Shown piece after piece: positions 17,627 to 28,079 of a stretch of DNA of 33,708 nucleotides. Source of the DNA: Nitrospinota bacterium (GTDB lineage: Bacteria; Nitrospinota; Nitrospinia; Nitrospinales; VA-1); assembly GCA_038108555.1 (NCBI GenBank), contig JAYNIA010000009.1:1-33708 (forward strand), written 5' to 3'. The position numbers were made by a program, and so were the translations under genes. The notes under the pieces were generated by a model. That model saw nothing but the letters and a program-made list of their open reading frames with translations. It was not told the DNA's origin and made no database searches. The stretch's first letter is position 1. The number at the start of each line of letters is the position of its first letter.

Positions 17627-17842
17627 ATGTTTAAGGATATAGTAAATAAACTTTTATAGTTTGTTGGTATTGGTGGAATTATTTTATGTTTACTGATGAC
17701 TATTACTATTTGGTCAATTTTTGAATTTAACCCGGATATTGATCCACTAAAAAAAGTAGAAGTGTCCGGAGTTTTTATTTTAAATCTTATTATTATTAGT
17801 CTGTTCCGTTGGATTATGCAATTTAAATCCAATAACAAATAA
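17627..17842 (+). pseudogene. Small 2-TM membrane protein gene interrupted by one in-frame TAG
   Basis: Translates MFKDIVNKLL*FVGIGGIILCLLMTITIWSIF..VSGVFILNLIIISLFRWIMQFKSNNK*, with TAG at 17657-17659. Ends 19 bp before the lipoprotein gene. Confidence 0.5.
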
Positions 17843-17861
17843 AATTTTCAGTTTAAAAAAT

Positions 17862-18707
17862 ATGAAGAAAATAGATTGGATTGTAATCAGTTTTGCCTTA
17901 ATAATTTTAGCAGGTTGTGCGACCAGACACGCGGGCGGTGGGTCTAGCGCTAATGCACCCCAAAACCAAAATATTCAAGTAAAAAAAGGAAAAGACGGGA
18001 AAATAAGAATATTGGTTCGAGATTTTATTGTGGGAAATAGAAGCCAATTTCCTTTTTATCGATATTATTCATATTTGATTTTTACAGAAAAAACCGATTC
18101 TAATATGGAATCAATAAAAGCTGCAGCAAAAGCATATTTATGCAAAATTCAAGATGTTTCTGATGCAGACGATTTAAAAATAAGAAAAGAAAATATGGCT
18201 ATTTTTTATGCGCCAGTTAGAAAAGGAACAGATGTTAATCGATTGAATGCAAACATGTCCTCCGTAGATTTAATAAACGATTATAATTTAGCTTTTTCTC
18301 AAACATTGGTAAATCATTTAAAACATAATAATTCGATTTTTAATAACTTCCGAGTGGGCATAATATCCTATCCGGTACCATTGAATATTAATAATTTAAA
18401 TAATTCTATAGATTTGGAAAATCTTCAATCTATTAATCTTACAAATAAAAATTCAGAAAAAATATTCCAGATAGTTAGAAAATTTAAAACAGCGGTTACT
18501 AATAATTATAAATTTAAAGAAGTTGAAGTAGCAGTAAACTTAGAAGATAGTTACAGGAAACCTTTGAAATTCGTAAAAAAGAAGGTTCCTGTTTTAGATG
18601 AATTGAGTGAAGATGATTTCGTGGAGAAATATAGGAGGATTGTATCTTTTCTAGGAAGTTGGGTTTCTCCAGCAAGTGCCGAAGCCTCAACAAATACCTG
18701 CCTTTAA
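17862..18707 (+). CDS. Hypothetical lipoprotein (AT-rich)
   Basis: 281-aa ORF with signal peptide and lipobox MKKIDWIVISFALIILAGC. No recognised domain. Confidence 0.75.
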   Translation: MKKIDWIVISFALIILAGCATRHAGGGSSANAPQNQNIQVKKGKDGKIRILVRDFIVGNRSQFPFYRYYSYLIFTEKTDSNMESIKAAAKAYLCKIQDVSDADDLKIRKENMAIFYAPVRKGTDVNRLNANMSSVDLINDYNLAFSQTLVNHLKHNNSIFNNFRVGIISYPVPLNINNLNNSIDLENLQSINLTNKNSEKIFQIVRKFKTAVTNNYKFKEVEVAVNLEDSYRKPLKFVKKKVPVLDELSEDDFVEKYRRIVSFLGSWVSPASAEASTNTCL

Positions 18708-18823
18708 TTTGGGACCCAAAAAAACCAAGTTCTCATAACATATATTATGTCAACTAGGATTTGTGGATGGCTTTAGGGGTTAAGTAATGATGGCGAAAAG
18801 CCCGCCCCCTTATGTATAAAGGG

Positions 18824-19759
18824 TTATTTCTTATTGAGGGTGTCTTTTACGGCCTGGGCAATATGGTTGTGGGACAAACCATATTTTTCATACAACTGCG
18901 GTCCGGTTCCGGTTTCGGCGAACTGGTCCTTCACCGCCACACGTCCAAATGGAACCGCGATCTGGTTCTCAAGCAACACTTCACCAACGGCATCACCAAG
19001 ACCACCGATGATATTATGATCTTCAGCGGTGATTAGAGCACCGTGTTTTTGAACCTGTTCAATTATAATATCCCGGTCAATCGGTTTCAGTGTTGAGATA
19101 TTGACCAGGGTCACGTTGATGTTTTCTTTGGCGAGATTCTCCATAGCCACGAGGCTTTCCTGAACCATGCTGCCGGTGGCAAAAATGACAAGATCGGAAC
19201 CTTCCTTTACCACCCTTCCCTTGCCGATTTCAAATTTGTAGGATTCATCAAATATCGCTTTCACCTTAGGCCGTCCAAGACGAAAATAAGCCGGACCTTC
19301 ATGTGCCACCAGGGCCTTTGTTGCCTGAACCGTTTCCACCCAGTCTGCCGGTTGCACGACGATCATATTCGGGATCGCACGGGTATAGGCAATATCGACG
19401 ATCATTTGTGCGCTGGGACCATCTTCACCTACGGCAAGCCCACAATGGGTGCCCACCAGTTTCACGTTTGTGTTGGAATAAGCCACACTGACGAGCACCT
19501 GATCCATCGTCCTGCCAAGTAGAAAACAGGCAAAGCTGGTAGCGAAAGGAATTTTTCCCGTGGTGGCGAGTCCCGCAGCGGTACATACCATGTCCGCTTC
19601 GGCGATTCCCATATTGAAAAACCGGTCGGGGAATGCCTGGCCGAACTTTTTCGTCCTTGTGCTGTCGCTCACTCCAGAGTCTAAAACGACGATATCGGTA
19701 TTGTCACCGATATCCACCAGGGTTTGTCCGTATGCGTCGCGGGTTGCTGCGTCTTTCAT
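18824..19759 (-). CDS. Transketolase, C-terminal subunit (pyrimidine-binding + C domain)
   Basis: ATG at 19759 overlaps the upstream TAA (TAATG). ATRDAYG, PDRFFNMGIAE, GEDGPSAQ, GPAYFRLGR, EDHNIIGGLG. Confidence 0.92.
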   Translation of the reverse strand: MKDAATRDAYGQTLVDIGDNTDIVVLDSGVSDSTRTKKFGQAFPDRFFNMGIAEADMVCTAAGLATTGKIPFATSFACFLLGRTMDQVLVSVAYSNTNVKLVGTHCGLAVGEDGPSAQMIVDIAYTRAIPNMIVVQPADWVETVQATKALVAHEGPAYFRLGRPKVKAIFDESYKFEIGKGRVVKEGSDLVIFATGSMVQESLVAMENLAKENINVTLVNISTLKPIDRDIIIEQVQKHGALITAEDHNIIGGLGDAVGEVLLENQIAVPFGRVAVKDQFAETGTGPQLYEKYGLSHNHIAQAVKDTLNKK

Positions 19760-20586
19760 TACTCCAGTTCCTTTAATGCTTTTTCGTAATCTTCTTTCGA
19801 AGGTGCCACCCCATGCCATGCGGTTTGACCTTCCATAAAACTCACGCCTTTACCTTTAATAGTATCGGCGATGATGACCCTAGGTTTTTCAGCATGCGCA
19901 GGTTTTTCCAGCACCTGCATGATTTCGGTCATATTGTGTCCGTCAATCCGTTGCACATCCCAACCAAACGCTTCCCATTTTGCTTCGATGGGCTCAATGT
20001 CTTTCAGATCTTTGGTGATATTGTCCTGTGCGACTTTATTGAAGTCTACGATGGCGTAGAGGTTATTGGTTTTGAATTTGGCTGCTGACATCGCCGCTTC
20101 CCAGATTTGTCCTTCCTGGATTTCACCGTCCCCTAAAATGACATAGACTTTGGAGTCGAATCCCTGCAAGCGTGTTCCAAGTGCGATGCCGTGAGCGACG
20201 CTTAATCCCTGTCCCAGGGAGCCCGAGGCAATTTCAACGCCGGGTGTTTTGGGAGTGCTGTGTCCGGAAAGGAACCATTTGCTGTTTATTTTCCGATAAT
20301 CAGCAAGATCGGATTCCGCAATGAATCCTGCCTGTGCGAGAACCGAGTAGTGAATGCCTGATGCGTGGCCTTTGCTGAGCAAAAACCGATCACGCTTGGG
20401 ATCTTTAGGGTTTTTGGGGTCATATTTTAATATGCCGCCGAAGAACAACGCGGTCATTAAATCCGTTGCAGAGAGACTTCCTCCCGGATGCCCGGATCCA
20501 GCTTCGAAAATGATTTTTAAGGCAAGACGCCTGAGTTCCAGAGCCTTCTTTTCGAGGCCGGCTATGTCGAGTGATGCATTTGTCAT
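19759..20586 (-). CDS. Transketolase, N-terminal (TPP-binding) subunit
   Basis: GSGHPGGSLS, DRFLLSKGH, GSLGQGLS, TPP motif GDGEIQEGQIWEA..N, DGHN, TIKGKG..WHG. Confidence 0.94.
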   Translation of the reverse strand: MTNASLDIAGLEKKALELRRLALKIIFEAGSGHPGGSLSATDLMTALFFGGILKYDPKNPKDPKRDRFLLSKGHASGIHYSVLAQAGFIAESDLADYRKINSKWFLSGHSTPKTPGVEIASGSLGQGLSVAHGIALGTRLQGFDSKVYVILGDGEIQEGQIWEAAMSAAKFKTNNLYAIVDFNKVAQDNITKDLKDIEPIEAKWEAFGWDVQRIDGHNMTEIMQVLEKPAHAEKPRVIIADTIKGKGVSFMEGQTAWHGVAPSKEDYEKALKELE

Positions 20587-20705
20587 AAATAAACCTGTAT
20601 TCCTAAAAAAACGTGTCCATGCTTATATCATAACCCTTTTCCATTTGCGAATTGAAAAAGGCAAAAGGAGTTCCCGGTGTTCGGAGACGGTTTAATTGCT
20701 GGGGT

Positions 20706-21341
20706 TCAGGATTTGGCTTGAGACTCAGGAAGCGTCACAAAATCATTACATAAAGAAAGCAGGTTTTCAAAATTTACCGGTTTGGTAAAAAACGAATTGG
20801 CCCCTGCTTCCAGCACCTCGGATTCCGAATAACGCAGGTCCCCGGAAATCGTAACGATCTTGATATTTTCCGTTTTGGGGTCAGATCTCAAATTCTGGCA
20901 AACCTGCAGTCCATTGATACCCGGTAGTGTGATATCAAGAATCATGATGGTCGGCTGGAATTCTGCGGCTTTCTTGCCGGCTTCCCATCCATCGTAGGCG
21001 GTCTCGACAAGAAAATCGTTTTTATGGAAAATCTTTTTCAGCAAGTCGCAAAATTTGACTTCGTCATCCACAACGAGAATTTTTCGAGTGGATTTTTCTT
21101 TCTCTTCTTTTTCTAAAATTTCCTGGATCATTGCAATGGTGTAGCCCTTTTTCTGCAAGGCATAAACCTGTTTGCATCTTTCTTCAACCCAGGCCGGATA
21201 ATATCCAACAATTCCCTTTCCTCCAGGATGACCTTCCTTTTGTGGATCGGGAAAGAAACGGTATTTTTTCTGCCACAACCATAAGGTTTTTCTGGTTATG
21301 GGAACGACTTTTAAAATATCAGCAGCGGTAATTCTAGACAT
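20706..21341 (-). CDS. Response regulator with N-terminal MerR-like HTH and C-terminal receiver
   Basis: N-terminal AADILKVVPITRKTLWLWQK..GYTIAMIQEIL; receiver ILVVDDE, ILDITLPGING, ISG, TKPV. Confidence 0.85.
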   Translation of the reverse strand: MSRITAADILKVVPITRKTLWLWQKKYRFFPDPQKEGHPGGKGIVGYYPAWVEERCKQVYALQKKGYTIAMIQEILEKEEKEKSTRKILVVDDEVKFCDLLKKIFHKNDFLVETAYDGWEAGKKAAEFQPTIMILDITLPGINGLQVCQNLRSDPKTENIKIVTISGDLRYSESEVLEAGANSFFTKPVNFENLLSLCNDFVTLPESQAKS

Positions 21342-21739
21342 GGTGACTTAAAAACCCTAAATGTTAATAATCAATGGAATGAATTAAGAATATATCATAT
21401 TTCTTAAAGACTCGAAAGTAATTGTAAATCGGACTTCCGGAGTGAGATCCCTTTTAAATTAAAAATAATTAATTTATTTTTAAGTTTAGATTAAGTTTTT
21501 AAAGGTAATATATATAATATAAATTTTAAAATTTAAAGAAATTGGCTTACTTCACCCGATTCTTATCAAGAAGAGCATAAGAAAATCCGTTAAATATCAT
21601 TAAAATCAACTGTTTATTTGCTATTGCCCACTGGGGTGATATGAGGAGCATTGGGCAGGCCTTTTTGCCATATCAATTGATGTGTGCGGGAAATATAATG
21701 GAGTGATCCCACTCTTTTAAGTCTGGAGTTAATTGTAAT

Positions 21740-23314
21740 ATGAGTTTTTTCAGCATTTTTCGTGTTTCTCTGCTGACCTTTTTATTGACCTGTTTTTTTG
21801 CATTGGAAGTACATGCACAGTCGCCCTCCCCGGTTTCTTTTTCTTTAAGCCTTAAGGAAACCATCGAGGACGCTCTAAAAAATAATGTCAATATTGCAGT
21901 TCAAAAATACAACTCAAAAATAAACGAACAAGCCATTTATGAAAAAATGGCGGAATTCGATACCACGTTAGAATTTGAACTTTCTGTAGGAGAAGAAACC
22001 CGCCAGCAAGCGAGCGCGTTTGCTAATCCTGTCAAAAGTAGAAACCAAAATTATGACTGGGATTTTTCCATCAGCAAAAAATTTGTGACGGGTGCTGACT
22101 ACGAATTGAGTTTTGATACCAACCGCAATCTTACCAATTCAACATTTGCCGGACTCAATCCGCAATACACCTCTGATTTGAATTTGGCGTTGACCCAGCC
22201 GTTATTGAAGGACTTTGGAATCGATAACAACAAACGCGAGATTTATATCGCAAAAAATAATCAGAAAATTTCAGACTTCGAATTTGAGTCCTCCGTTATT
22301 GATGTCATTACAGAAGCAGAGAACACCTATTGGGATCTGGTTTTCAGCATTGAAGATTTGAAGGTTAAGGAAAAATCCCTTGAAAGAGCACAGGATTTGG
22401 AAAAGCAGGTAAAGGCCCAGGTCGAAGTGGGAACCATGGCCCCCCTGGAAATGCTTCAGGCTCAATCTGAAGTTGCTTCCCGTGAACAGCTATTACTCAG
22501 TGCTCAGGATATTATTCTTGATAACGAAGACAATTTAAAAAACATTCTTAATTATTCGTTTGATACTGAGTTGGGTCAGAAACGGTTGGAGCCTACCGAA
22601 CCTCCGGTGTTTGATCCGGGCACAGAAGGTTCATTGGAAGAATCATTGCAGGTGGCGTTAAGTGACAGGCCTGATCTACTGGTCAAAAAGAAAGAACTCG
22701 AAAACCGAAATATTGAAGTTAAGTACAACGAGAATCAAACCTACCCTACTCTCGATCTGGTCAGCAGTCTGGGACTCAATGGTATTAGCGGTGAAGCTAT
22801 CAACATCACCAGTGGTACCGTTCAGGGAAGAAGTAAATTTGGTGGAAATTATGGGGACGCCTTAAGCGATGTCGGTTCAGGGAAATACCATCTCTGGGAG
22901 TTCGGTCTGAATTTCAGTTATCCTCTGGGCAATCGTGCTGCAAAAAGTAAATTGGCTGCCAAGAAGCTTGAAGTTGCGCAACTCCTTTTAGATATAAAAG
23001 ATCTGGAAAAAACCATTACGGTGGAAGTCCGTGAAGCCTATCGGCAAATCAAAACAGATATTAAAAGAGTGCATGCGGCGCGAATTGCAAGAAAACTTGC
23101 AGAGGAGAAGCTCAGTGCTGAGGAGAAGAAGTTTGAAGTCGGTCTTTCCACCAGTTTCAATGTTTTGGAATTTCAGGAAGATCTCGCAGAAGAGCAAAGC
23201 AACGAAATAAAGGCGATCATTGATTATAAAAAGTCTAAGAACCGGTTGCGACAGGTGAAAGCACAGACTTTGAAGGAGAACAATATCCAATTAACTGAAG
23301 GCGATGAAACATGA
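21740..23314 (+). CDS. TolC-family outer-membrane efflux protein
   Basis: Signal peptide (..VHA-Q), LSLKETIEDALKNN, LTQPLL, YWDL, KFEVGLST. First gene of a MacAB-type operon. Confidence 0.9.
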   Translation: MSFFSIFRVSLLTFLLTCFFALEVHAQSPSPVSFSLSLKETIEDALKNNVNIAVQKYNSKINEQAIYEKMAEFDTTLEFELSVGEETRQQASAFANPVKSRNQNYDWDFSISKKFVTGADYELSFDTNRNLTNSTFAGLNPQYTSDLNLALTQPLLKDFGIDNNKREIYIAKNNQKISDFEFESSVIDVITEAENTYWDLVFSIEDLKVKEKSLERAQDLEKQVKAQVEVGTMAPLEMLQAQSEVASREQLLLSAQDIILDNEDNLKNILNYSFDTELGQKRLEPTEPPVFDPGTEGSLEESLQVALSDRPDLLVKKKELENRNIEVKYNENQTYPTLDLVSSLGLNGISGEAINITSGTVQGRSKFGGNYGDALSDVGSGKYHLWEFGLNFSYPLGNRAAKSKLAAKKLEVAQLLLDIKDLEKTITVEVREAYRQIKTDIKRVHAARIARKLAEEKLSAEEKKFEVGLSTSFNVLEFQEDLAEEQSNEIKAIIDYKKSKNRLRQVKAQTLKENNIQLTEGDET

Positions 23315-24633
23315 AAAAAACCCTGATTTTGATCGGGGTGTTACTCGTTCTTTCTGTCCTATATTTTTCTGATAGCGAATCAGAAGCGCCCCTCAAGCCC
23401 AAATTTAATTTTGCTGAGGTAACTCAAGGGCCCCTTTCTATTAAAATTTCTGCGACAGGTGTCGTAGAACCCAATTTTAAGGTTGAGGTTAAATCTAAAG
23501 CCAGTGGTGAAGTTCTTTCCTTTCCTCTTCTTGAAGGCGATAAAGTAGAAAAAGGAACCCTGCTTTTACAATTGGACAAATCCGATGAAAAGCGGAATGT
23601 CGCCAAAGCCAAGGCCGATCTTTCCAGTGCCATTGCAAAACTGAAAAAAGCCGAAACTGCCCTGCTCCTTCAACAGACAAAATATCAAACTGATATTAAA
23701 AGCTCCCAGTCCGAAGTCCAAACAGCCATTGCCAATCTCAAGGAAAGTGAGGACAAGCTAAAAAGACAGGTCGAGTTGTTTGAGGAAAAAGTAGTGTCTC
23801 AGGAGTCACTGGATGCAGCCAAAACGGTCTTTGAAGTCAATCAGCAGCAATTGATCCAAGCCGAATCGCAGCTACAGGAGGCCAAGGATTCCGTTCATGA
23901 TATTGCCATGAAGGAAAACGAAATAGAGCTTGTCAAAACCGAAGTGGAACTTGCCGAAATAGCCCTTGATGAAGTTGAGGAGAGACTGGAAGAGACGGAA
24001 ATTTTTGCGCCGATCACCGGAGTGATTATTGAGAAACTGGTGGAAGAAGGACAGATCATCGCTTCCGGCATCTCCAATGTCAGTGGTGGAACCGCCCTCG
24101 CCACAATTGCCGATATGTCCCGCCTTTACATCATTGCTGATATTGATGAAACAGATATTGGTTCTGTTAAAATGGGACATAAGGTAACCATTACTGCAGA
24201 TGCTTTTCCGGATAAGAAATTTAAGGGTCGTGTTAAACGCATTGCGCCACAAGGATTGGTGGAAAACAGTATTACCATTTTCAAAGTTAAAATTGAGGTA
24301 CTTGGAAAAGGCAGAAAAATTTTAAAACCCATGATGTCTGCGAATATCGAAATCGTGACGGACCATGTAAAAAATGCGGTTTACACTACAAGAGCAGGCA
24401 TCCGAGATGGGAAAGAAGGCAAGTTTGCCATGGTATTAAAAGATGACATGCCTGAAAAAGTCCCAGTTAAAACAGGAATCAAAAATCCCATTCATGTCCA
24501 GATTCTTTCCGGGTTATCTGCCGGGGATCAGGTGATATTGGGAGATTGGGAAAAGGTCCTTGAAGAAGCAAAGAAATCCGGCGGAAAAGGGTCTTCCCTT
24601 AAAAAGATATTGTGGATGATTCGCTCTAAATAA
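23311..24633 (+). CDS. Periplasmic adaptor (MacA/HlyD-like membrane fusion protein)
   Basis: N-terminal anchor, ATGVVEP..VEVKSKASG, EGDKVEKG lipoyl half, long coiled coil, APITGVI, IDETDIG. Confidence 0.92.
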   Translation: MKKTLILIGVLLVLSVLYFSDSESEAPLKPKFNFAEVTQGPLSIKISATGVVEPNFKVEVKSKASGEVLSFPLLEGDKVEKGTLLLQLDKSDEKRNVAKAKADLSSAIAKLKKAETALLLQQTKYQTDIKSSQSEVQTAIANLKESEDKLKRQVELFEEKVVSQESLDAAKTVFEVNQQQLIQAESQLQEAKDSVHDIAMKENEIELVKTEVELAEIALDEVEERLEETEIFAPITGVIIEKLVEEGQIIASGISNVSGGTALATIADMSRLYIIADIDETDIGSVKMGHKVTITADAFPDKKFKGRVKRIAPQGLVENSITIFKVKIEVLGKGRKILKPMMSANIEIVTDHVKNAVYTTRAGIRDGKEGKFAMVLKDDMPEKVPVKTGIKNPIHVQILSGLSAGDQVILGDWEKVLEEAKKSGGKGSSLKKILWMIRSK

Positions 24634-24646
24634 CGAAGAGGCCGTT

Positions 24647-25330
24647 TTGATTGAAGCCAAAAACCTTTCCAAAACTTATGACACAGGCGTGTTATCAGTC
24701 ACCGCATTGGAACAAGCCAGTTTTCAAATAGGGAAAGGTGAGTTTGTTGCCATCATGGGTCCCTCCGGCAGTGGCAAATCCACTCTAATGAATTTACTGG
24801 GGTGTCTGGACCTTCCCTCCAGTGGTTCTTATTTTCTTGAAGATGTAGATATAGGCCAACTCAAACCCAACCAATTAGCCGAAGTAAGAAACCGAAGGAT
24901 CGGATTCGTATTTCAAAGTTTCAATTTACTTCCCCGGGCCACCGCCCTCGAAAATATCGAATTGCCCCTCCTCTATGGACGGGTTCCCAACTCAACTGAA
25001 ATTGCCATGAATGCACTGGATCGGGTGGGATTAAAACACCGGGCAAAACATAAACCAACAGAACTTTCCGGTGGAGAAAAACAAAGGGTGGCTATCGCCA
25101 GGGCTCTGGTGAACCAACCAGCCATTATTCTTGCGGATGAACCCACAGGCAACCTGGATTCGGCTACAGGAGAAGAAATCATGTCTCTGTTTCACAAGTT
25201 AAATGAAGAAAAGGTAACCCTGATTCTGGTCACGCATGAAGAGGAAATCGCCCAACAGGCCAAACGGATCATAAAAATGAAAGACGGAAAAATTGTTCAG
25301 GACCAGTTATTAGGAGTCGCTTCATGCTGA
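24647..25330 (+). CDS. ABC transporter ATP-binding protein (MacB/LolD type)
   Basis: Walker [48 protein letters not shown]. Confidence 0.95.
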   Translation: MIEAKNLSKTYDTGVLSVTALEQASFQIGKGEFVAIMGPSGSGKSTLMNLLGCLDLPSSGSYFLEDVDIGQLKPNQLAEVRNRRIGFVFQSFNLLPRATALENIELPLLYGRVPNSTEIAMNALDRVGLKHRAKHKPTELSGGEKQRVAIARALVNQPAIILADEPTGNLDSATGEEIMSLFHKLNEEKVTLILVTHEEEIAQQAKRIIKMKDGKIVQDQLLGVASC

Positions 25331-26532
25331 TTCTGGACTTATTTAAAATGGCGCTCAGAAGTTTGATATCCCATAAACTTCGTACGTTCTTGACCGCATT
25401 GGGGATCATCATTGGGGTGGCCTCCGTAATATCCATGATTTCTATTGGTGAAGGAGCCCGACAGCAAACCCTGAGCACCATTTCCAAGTTTGGAACCAAT
25501 ATTATTACCATCAAGCCCGGCCAGAAAAAATCTCGACATGTCTCCACGGGAAAAGTTGATACTCTGATGCTTGAAGATGCAAATGTGATCGAAAAGAATG
25601 TTCCTTTAATCACCGGAGTGGCGGCTCAGGTTTATCGATCTGCCCAGTTGAAGTATGGCAACAAAAACACCAACACAACGGTTCGTGGAACCGGAAAAAG
25701 TTATGCGCGATTGGCCAATTTTGAAATGAAGAATGGTCGCTATTTCAATCAACCGGAAATCAATGCCGCGAAAAGGGTCTGTGTTCTCGGTGCTACGGTG
25801 GTTAAAAATCTATTTGAGGAAGCTGAGCCTCTGGGACAAACCATCAAAGTTGATGGAAAAAATTTCATGGTTATAGGCACCACAGAGCCCAAGGGGGCTT
25901 TGAGTTGGTTTGATCCAGACGATCAGATATTTATACCCGTTACCACGGCTCAAAAAAGGGTTTTCGGGATGGACCATATCCAATCCATTGATGTTCAGGC
26001 AGCAAATATTGAAGATCTCGAGATCATTAAAGAAGACATCGCTCAATTATTGAGACTGCGCCACAATATCGCAGAAGGCAAAGAGAATGACTTTTATGTT
26101 CAAAACTCATCGCAATGGTTGAACAGTTGGGGAGATGCAGCAAAAACTTTTACCTACCTGCTGGGTGGAATTGCAGCCATTTCCCTCATGGTGGGTGGAA
26201 TCGGGATCATGAATATCATGCTGGTTTCCGTCACAGAACGCACACGGGAAATCGGCATTCGTAAAGCCATTGGTGCCAAGAAAAAGGAAATTCTAGAACA
26301 GTTTCTCATTGAATCTGTTTTAATCAGCTTTCTAGGAGGTGGAATCGGGATCCTATTGGGAGTTTCCATTTCTAAAATGGTTTCAAAAATTGGTGGATGG
26401 GACACGATTGTATCCACACAATCCATCCTTCTAGCCTTCGGTTTTTCAGTGGGAATAGGTATTTTCTTCGGATTTTATCCTGCCAATAAAGCTGCAAACA
26501 TGAATCCCATAGAAGCCTTACGGTACGAATAG
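25324..26532 (+). CDS. ABC transporter permease (MacB/FtsX type)
   Basis: LRTFLTALGIIIGVASV, large periplasmic loop, GGIGIMNIMLVSVTERTREIGIRKAIGA, PIEALRYE. Confidence 0.95.
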   Translation: MLILDLFKMALRSLISHKLRTFLTALGIIIGVASVISMISIGEGARQQTLSTISKFGTNIITIKPGQKKSRHVSTGKVDTLMLEDANVIEKNVPLITGVAAQVYRSAQLKYGNKNTNTTVRGTGKSYARLANFEMKNGRYFNQPEINAAKRVCVLGATVVKNLFEEAEPLGQTIKVDGKNFMVIGTTEPKGALSWFDPDDQIFIPVTTAQKRVFGMDHIQSIDVQAANIEDLEIIKEDIAQLLRLRHNIAEGKENDFYVQNSSQWLNSWGDAAKTFTYLLGGIAAISLMVGGIGIMNIMLVSVTERTREIGIRKAIGAKKKEILEQFLIESVLISFLGGGIGILLGVSISKMVSKIGGWDTIVSTQSILLAFGFSVGIGIFFGFYPANKAANMNPIEALRYE

Positions 26533-26600
26533 CACTTAAAGCCTGCTAAATTCCTTCTTCTTGCCATTGCGGGGAATATTATATATTTTATGAAAATATT

Positions 26601-28067
26601 ATGGATATTCTTCCCGACAAAAAGAAATTTATCCAACTGGCTGCCTCTTCTCAACGCATTCCGGTGTTTGGTGAGGAACGAATTCCAGATCTGGATCCCT
26701 TCCTTTTATTTCAGGAACTTTATAAGGATTCCGAAAAATCTTTTTTATTAGAAAGTGGAAAAGGTCCTGTAGAAACGGCTCAGTTTTCAATTTTCGGTAA
26801 TTCCAGCTCCCGCCTTTTAAAGATTTTTAAATCCAAAGCATTGTTATATGAAAAGGGTTCTCAGGAGACCGAATATATCCAAAAAGATGAAGCCTTCAAA
26901 CTATTGAACTTTGATAACACTCTTGAGTCGGTGGACTATCTTCCCCATTTTTGGGGCGGCTGGGTTGGATTTGTTAGTTATGAAGCCGCCTCACTGTTTG
27001 AAGATATCCAGTTAAAACTGTCCTCAAGCAAACCGGTTATCAGCTTTATGGAAGTCGAACGGCTTTTTATTTATGACCACAAAAGTCAAAAGCTGAAATT
27101 TATTTTATCCGGACAGGATAAAACTAAAGAATCGGATTACGATGATTTTCTCTGGGAAATAAAGCGGGTCTGGAAAGATGTCCAAAGAGCTTTAATGAAA
27201 ATTCAACTTGGAAACTCCTGCTCGGAGGAAAAAGATGGAGAATTTTTCCCAACAACCCTGAAACCTCTATTAAACAAGGACGACTATATAGACAAGGTTG
27301 AAAAGATTAAATCTTATATTGCTGAAGGCGATATATACCAGGCCAATCTATGCCAAAAATTTGAAGCTTCTTTCAATCAAGAACCCCTACAATTATACAA
27401 AAGGTTGAGAAAGGTGAATCCCTCCCCTTTTTCAGGTTTTTTGAAGTTTGATGATCTTGTCCTTGTCAGCTCATCCCCGGAGCGGTTAATAAAATTAGCA
27501 GGGAGTAAAATAGAATCCCGACCGATTGCAGGCACACGCCCAAGGAGCCAGATAGAAGAGCAGGACAAAGCTTATATGGAAGAGTTATTGGTGAATCATA
27601 AAGAGCGGGCGGAACATTTAATGTTGGTCGACCTCGAAAGAAACGACCTTGGGCGAATCTGCAAAACGGGAACAGTTGAGGTGACGGATTTTATGCTTTT
27701 GGAAAAATATTCCCATGTCAGCCACATCGTTTCGAACATTTCGGGAAGTTTATTGCCTGAACTGGGGATTTTTGAGATTTTAAAAGCTGTATTTCCGGGA
27801 GGCACCATAACCGGTTGTCCAAAAATCAGATGCATGGAAATCATCAATGAATTGGAACCGGTGGAACGAGGTCCCTATTCCGGTTCTTTTGGATATATTG
27901 GATTCGCACCCTATATGGATTTAAACATCATAATTCGTTCAATCGTTATTCAAAATGAAAAAGCAAGTTTTCACGTTGGAGCGGGTATTGTGGCCGATTC
28001 CATTCCGGAAAAAGAATATCAGGAAACATTAGATAAATCCGCTGCAATGGTTGAAGCCTTATCTTAA
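26601..28067 (+). CDS. pabB: Chorismate-binding enzyme, probably aminodeoxychorismate synthase component I
   Basis: FLLESG, GDIYQANL, NPSPF, SSSPERL, RPIAGTRPR, KERAEHLMLVDLERNDLGR, FPGGTITGCPK, GAGIVADS. Directly upstream of a class IV aminotransferase. Confidence 0.75.
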   Translation: MDILPDKKKFIQLAASSQRIPVFGEERIPDLDPFLLFQELYKDSEKSFLLESGKGPVETAQFSIFGNSSSRLLKIFKSKALLYEKGSQETEYIQKDEAFKLLNFDNTLESVDYLPHFWGGWVGFVSYEAASLFEDIQLKLSSSKPVISFMEVERLFIYDHKSQKLKFILSGQDKTKESDYDDFLWEIKRVWKDVQRALMKIQLGNSCSEEKDGEFFPTTLKPLLNKDDYIDKVEKIKSYIAEGDIYQANLCQKFEASFNQEPLQLYKRLRKVNPSPFSGFLKFDDLVLVSSSPERLIKLAGSKIESRPIAGTRPRSQIEEQDKAYMEELLVNHKERAEHLMLVDLERNDLGRICKTGTVEVTDFMLLEKYSHVSHIVSNISGSLLPELGIFEILKAVFPGGTITGCPKIRCMEIINELEPVERGPYSGSFGYIGFAPYMDLNIIIRSIVIQNEKASFHVGAGIVADSIPEKEYQETLDKSAAMVEALS

Positions 28068-28079
28068 GAGGGTTGATCA

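Noticed and set aside
17611..17838. 75-aa minus-strand ORF in the supplied track
   Set aside because: Best explained as the antisense shadow of the amber-interrupted plus-strand membrane gene.
19760..19819. 20-codon N-terminal extension of the transketolase C subunit in the ORF track
   Set aside because: It overlaps the upstream gene. The ATG at 19759 gives a typical TAATG coupling and family-like start.
18824..20586. Split transketolase as a frameshifted pseudogene
   Set aside because: Two-subunit transketolases are a known common form, and both halves are intact and translationally coupled.
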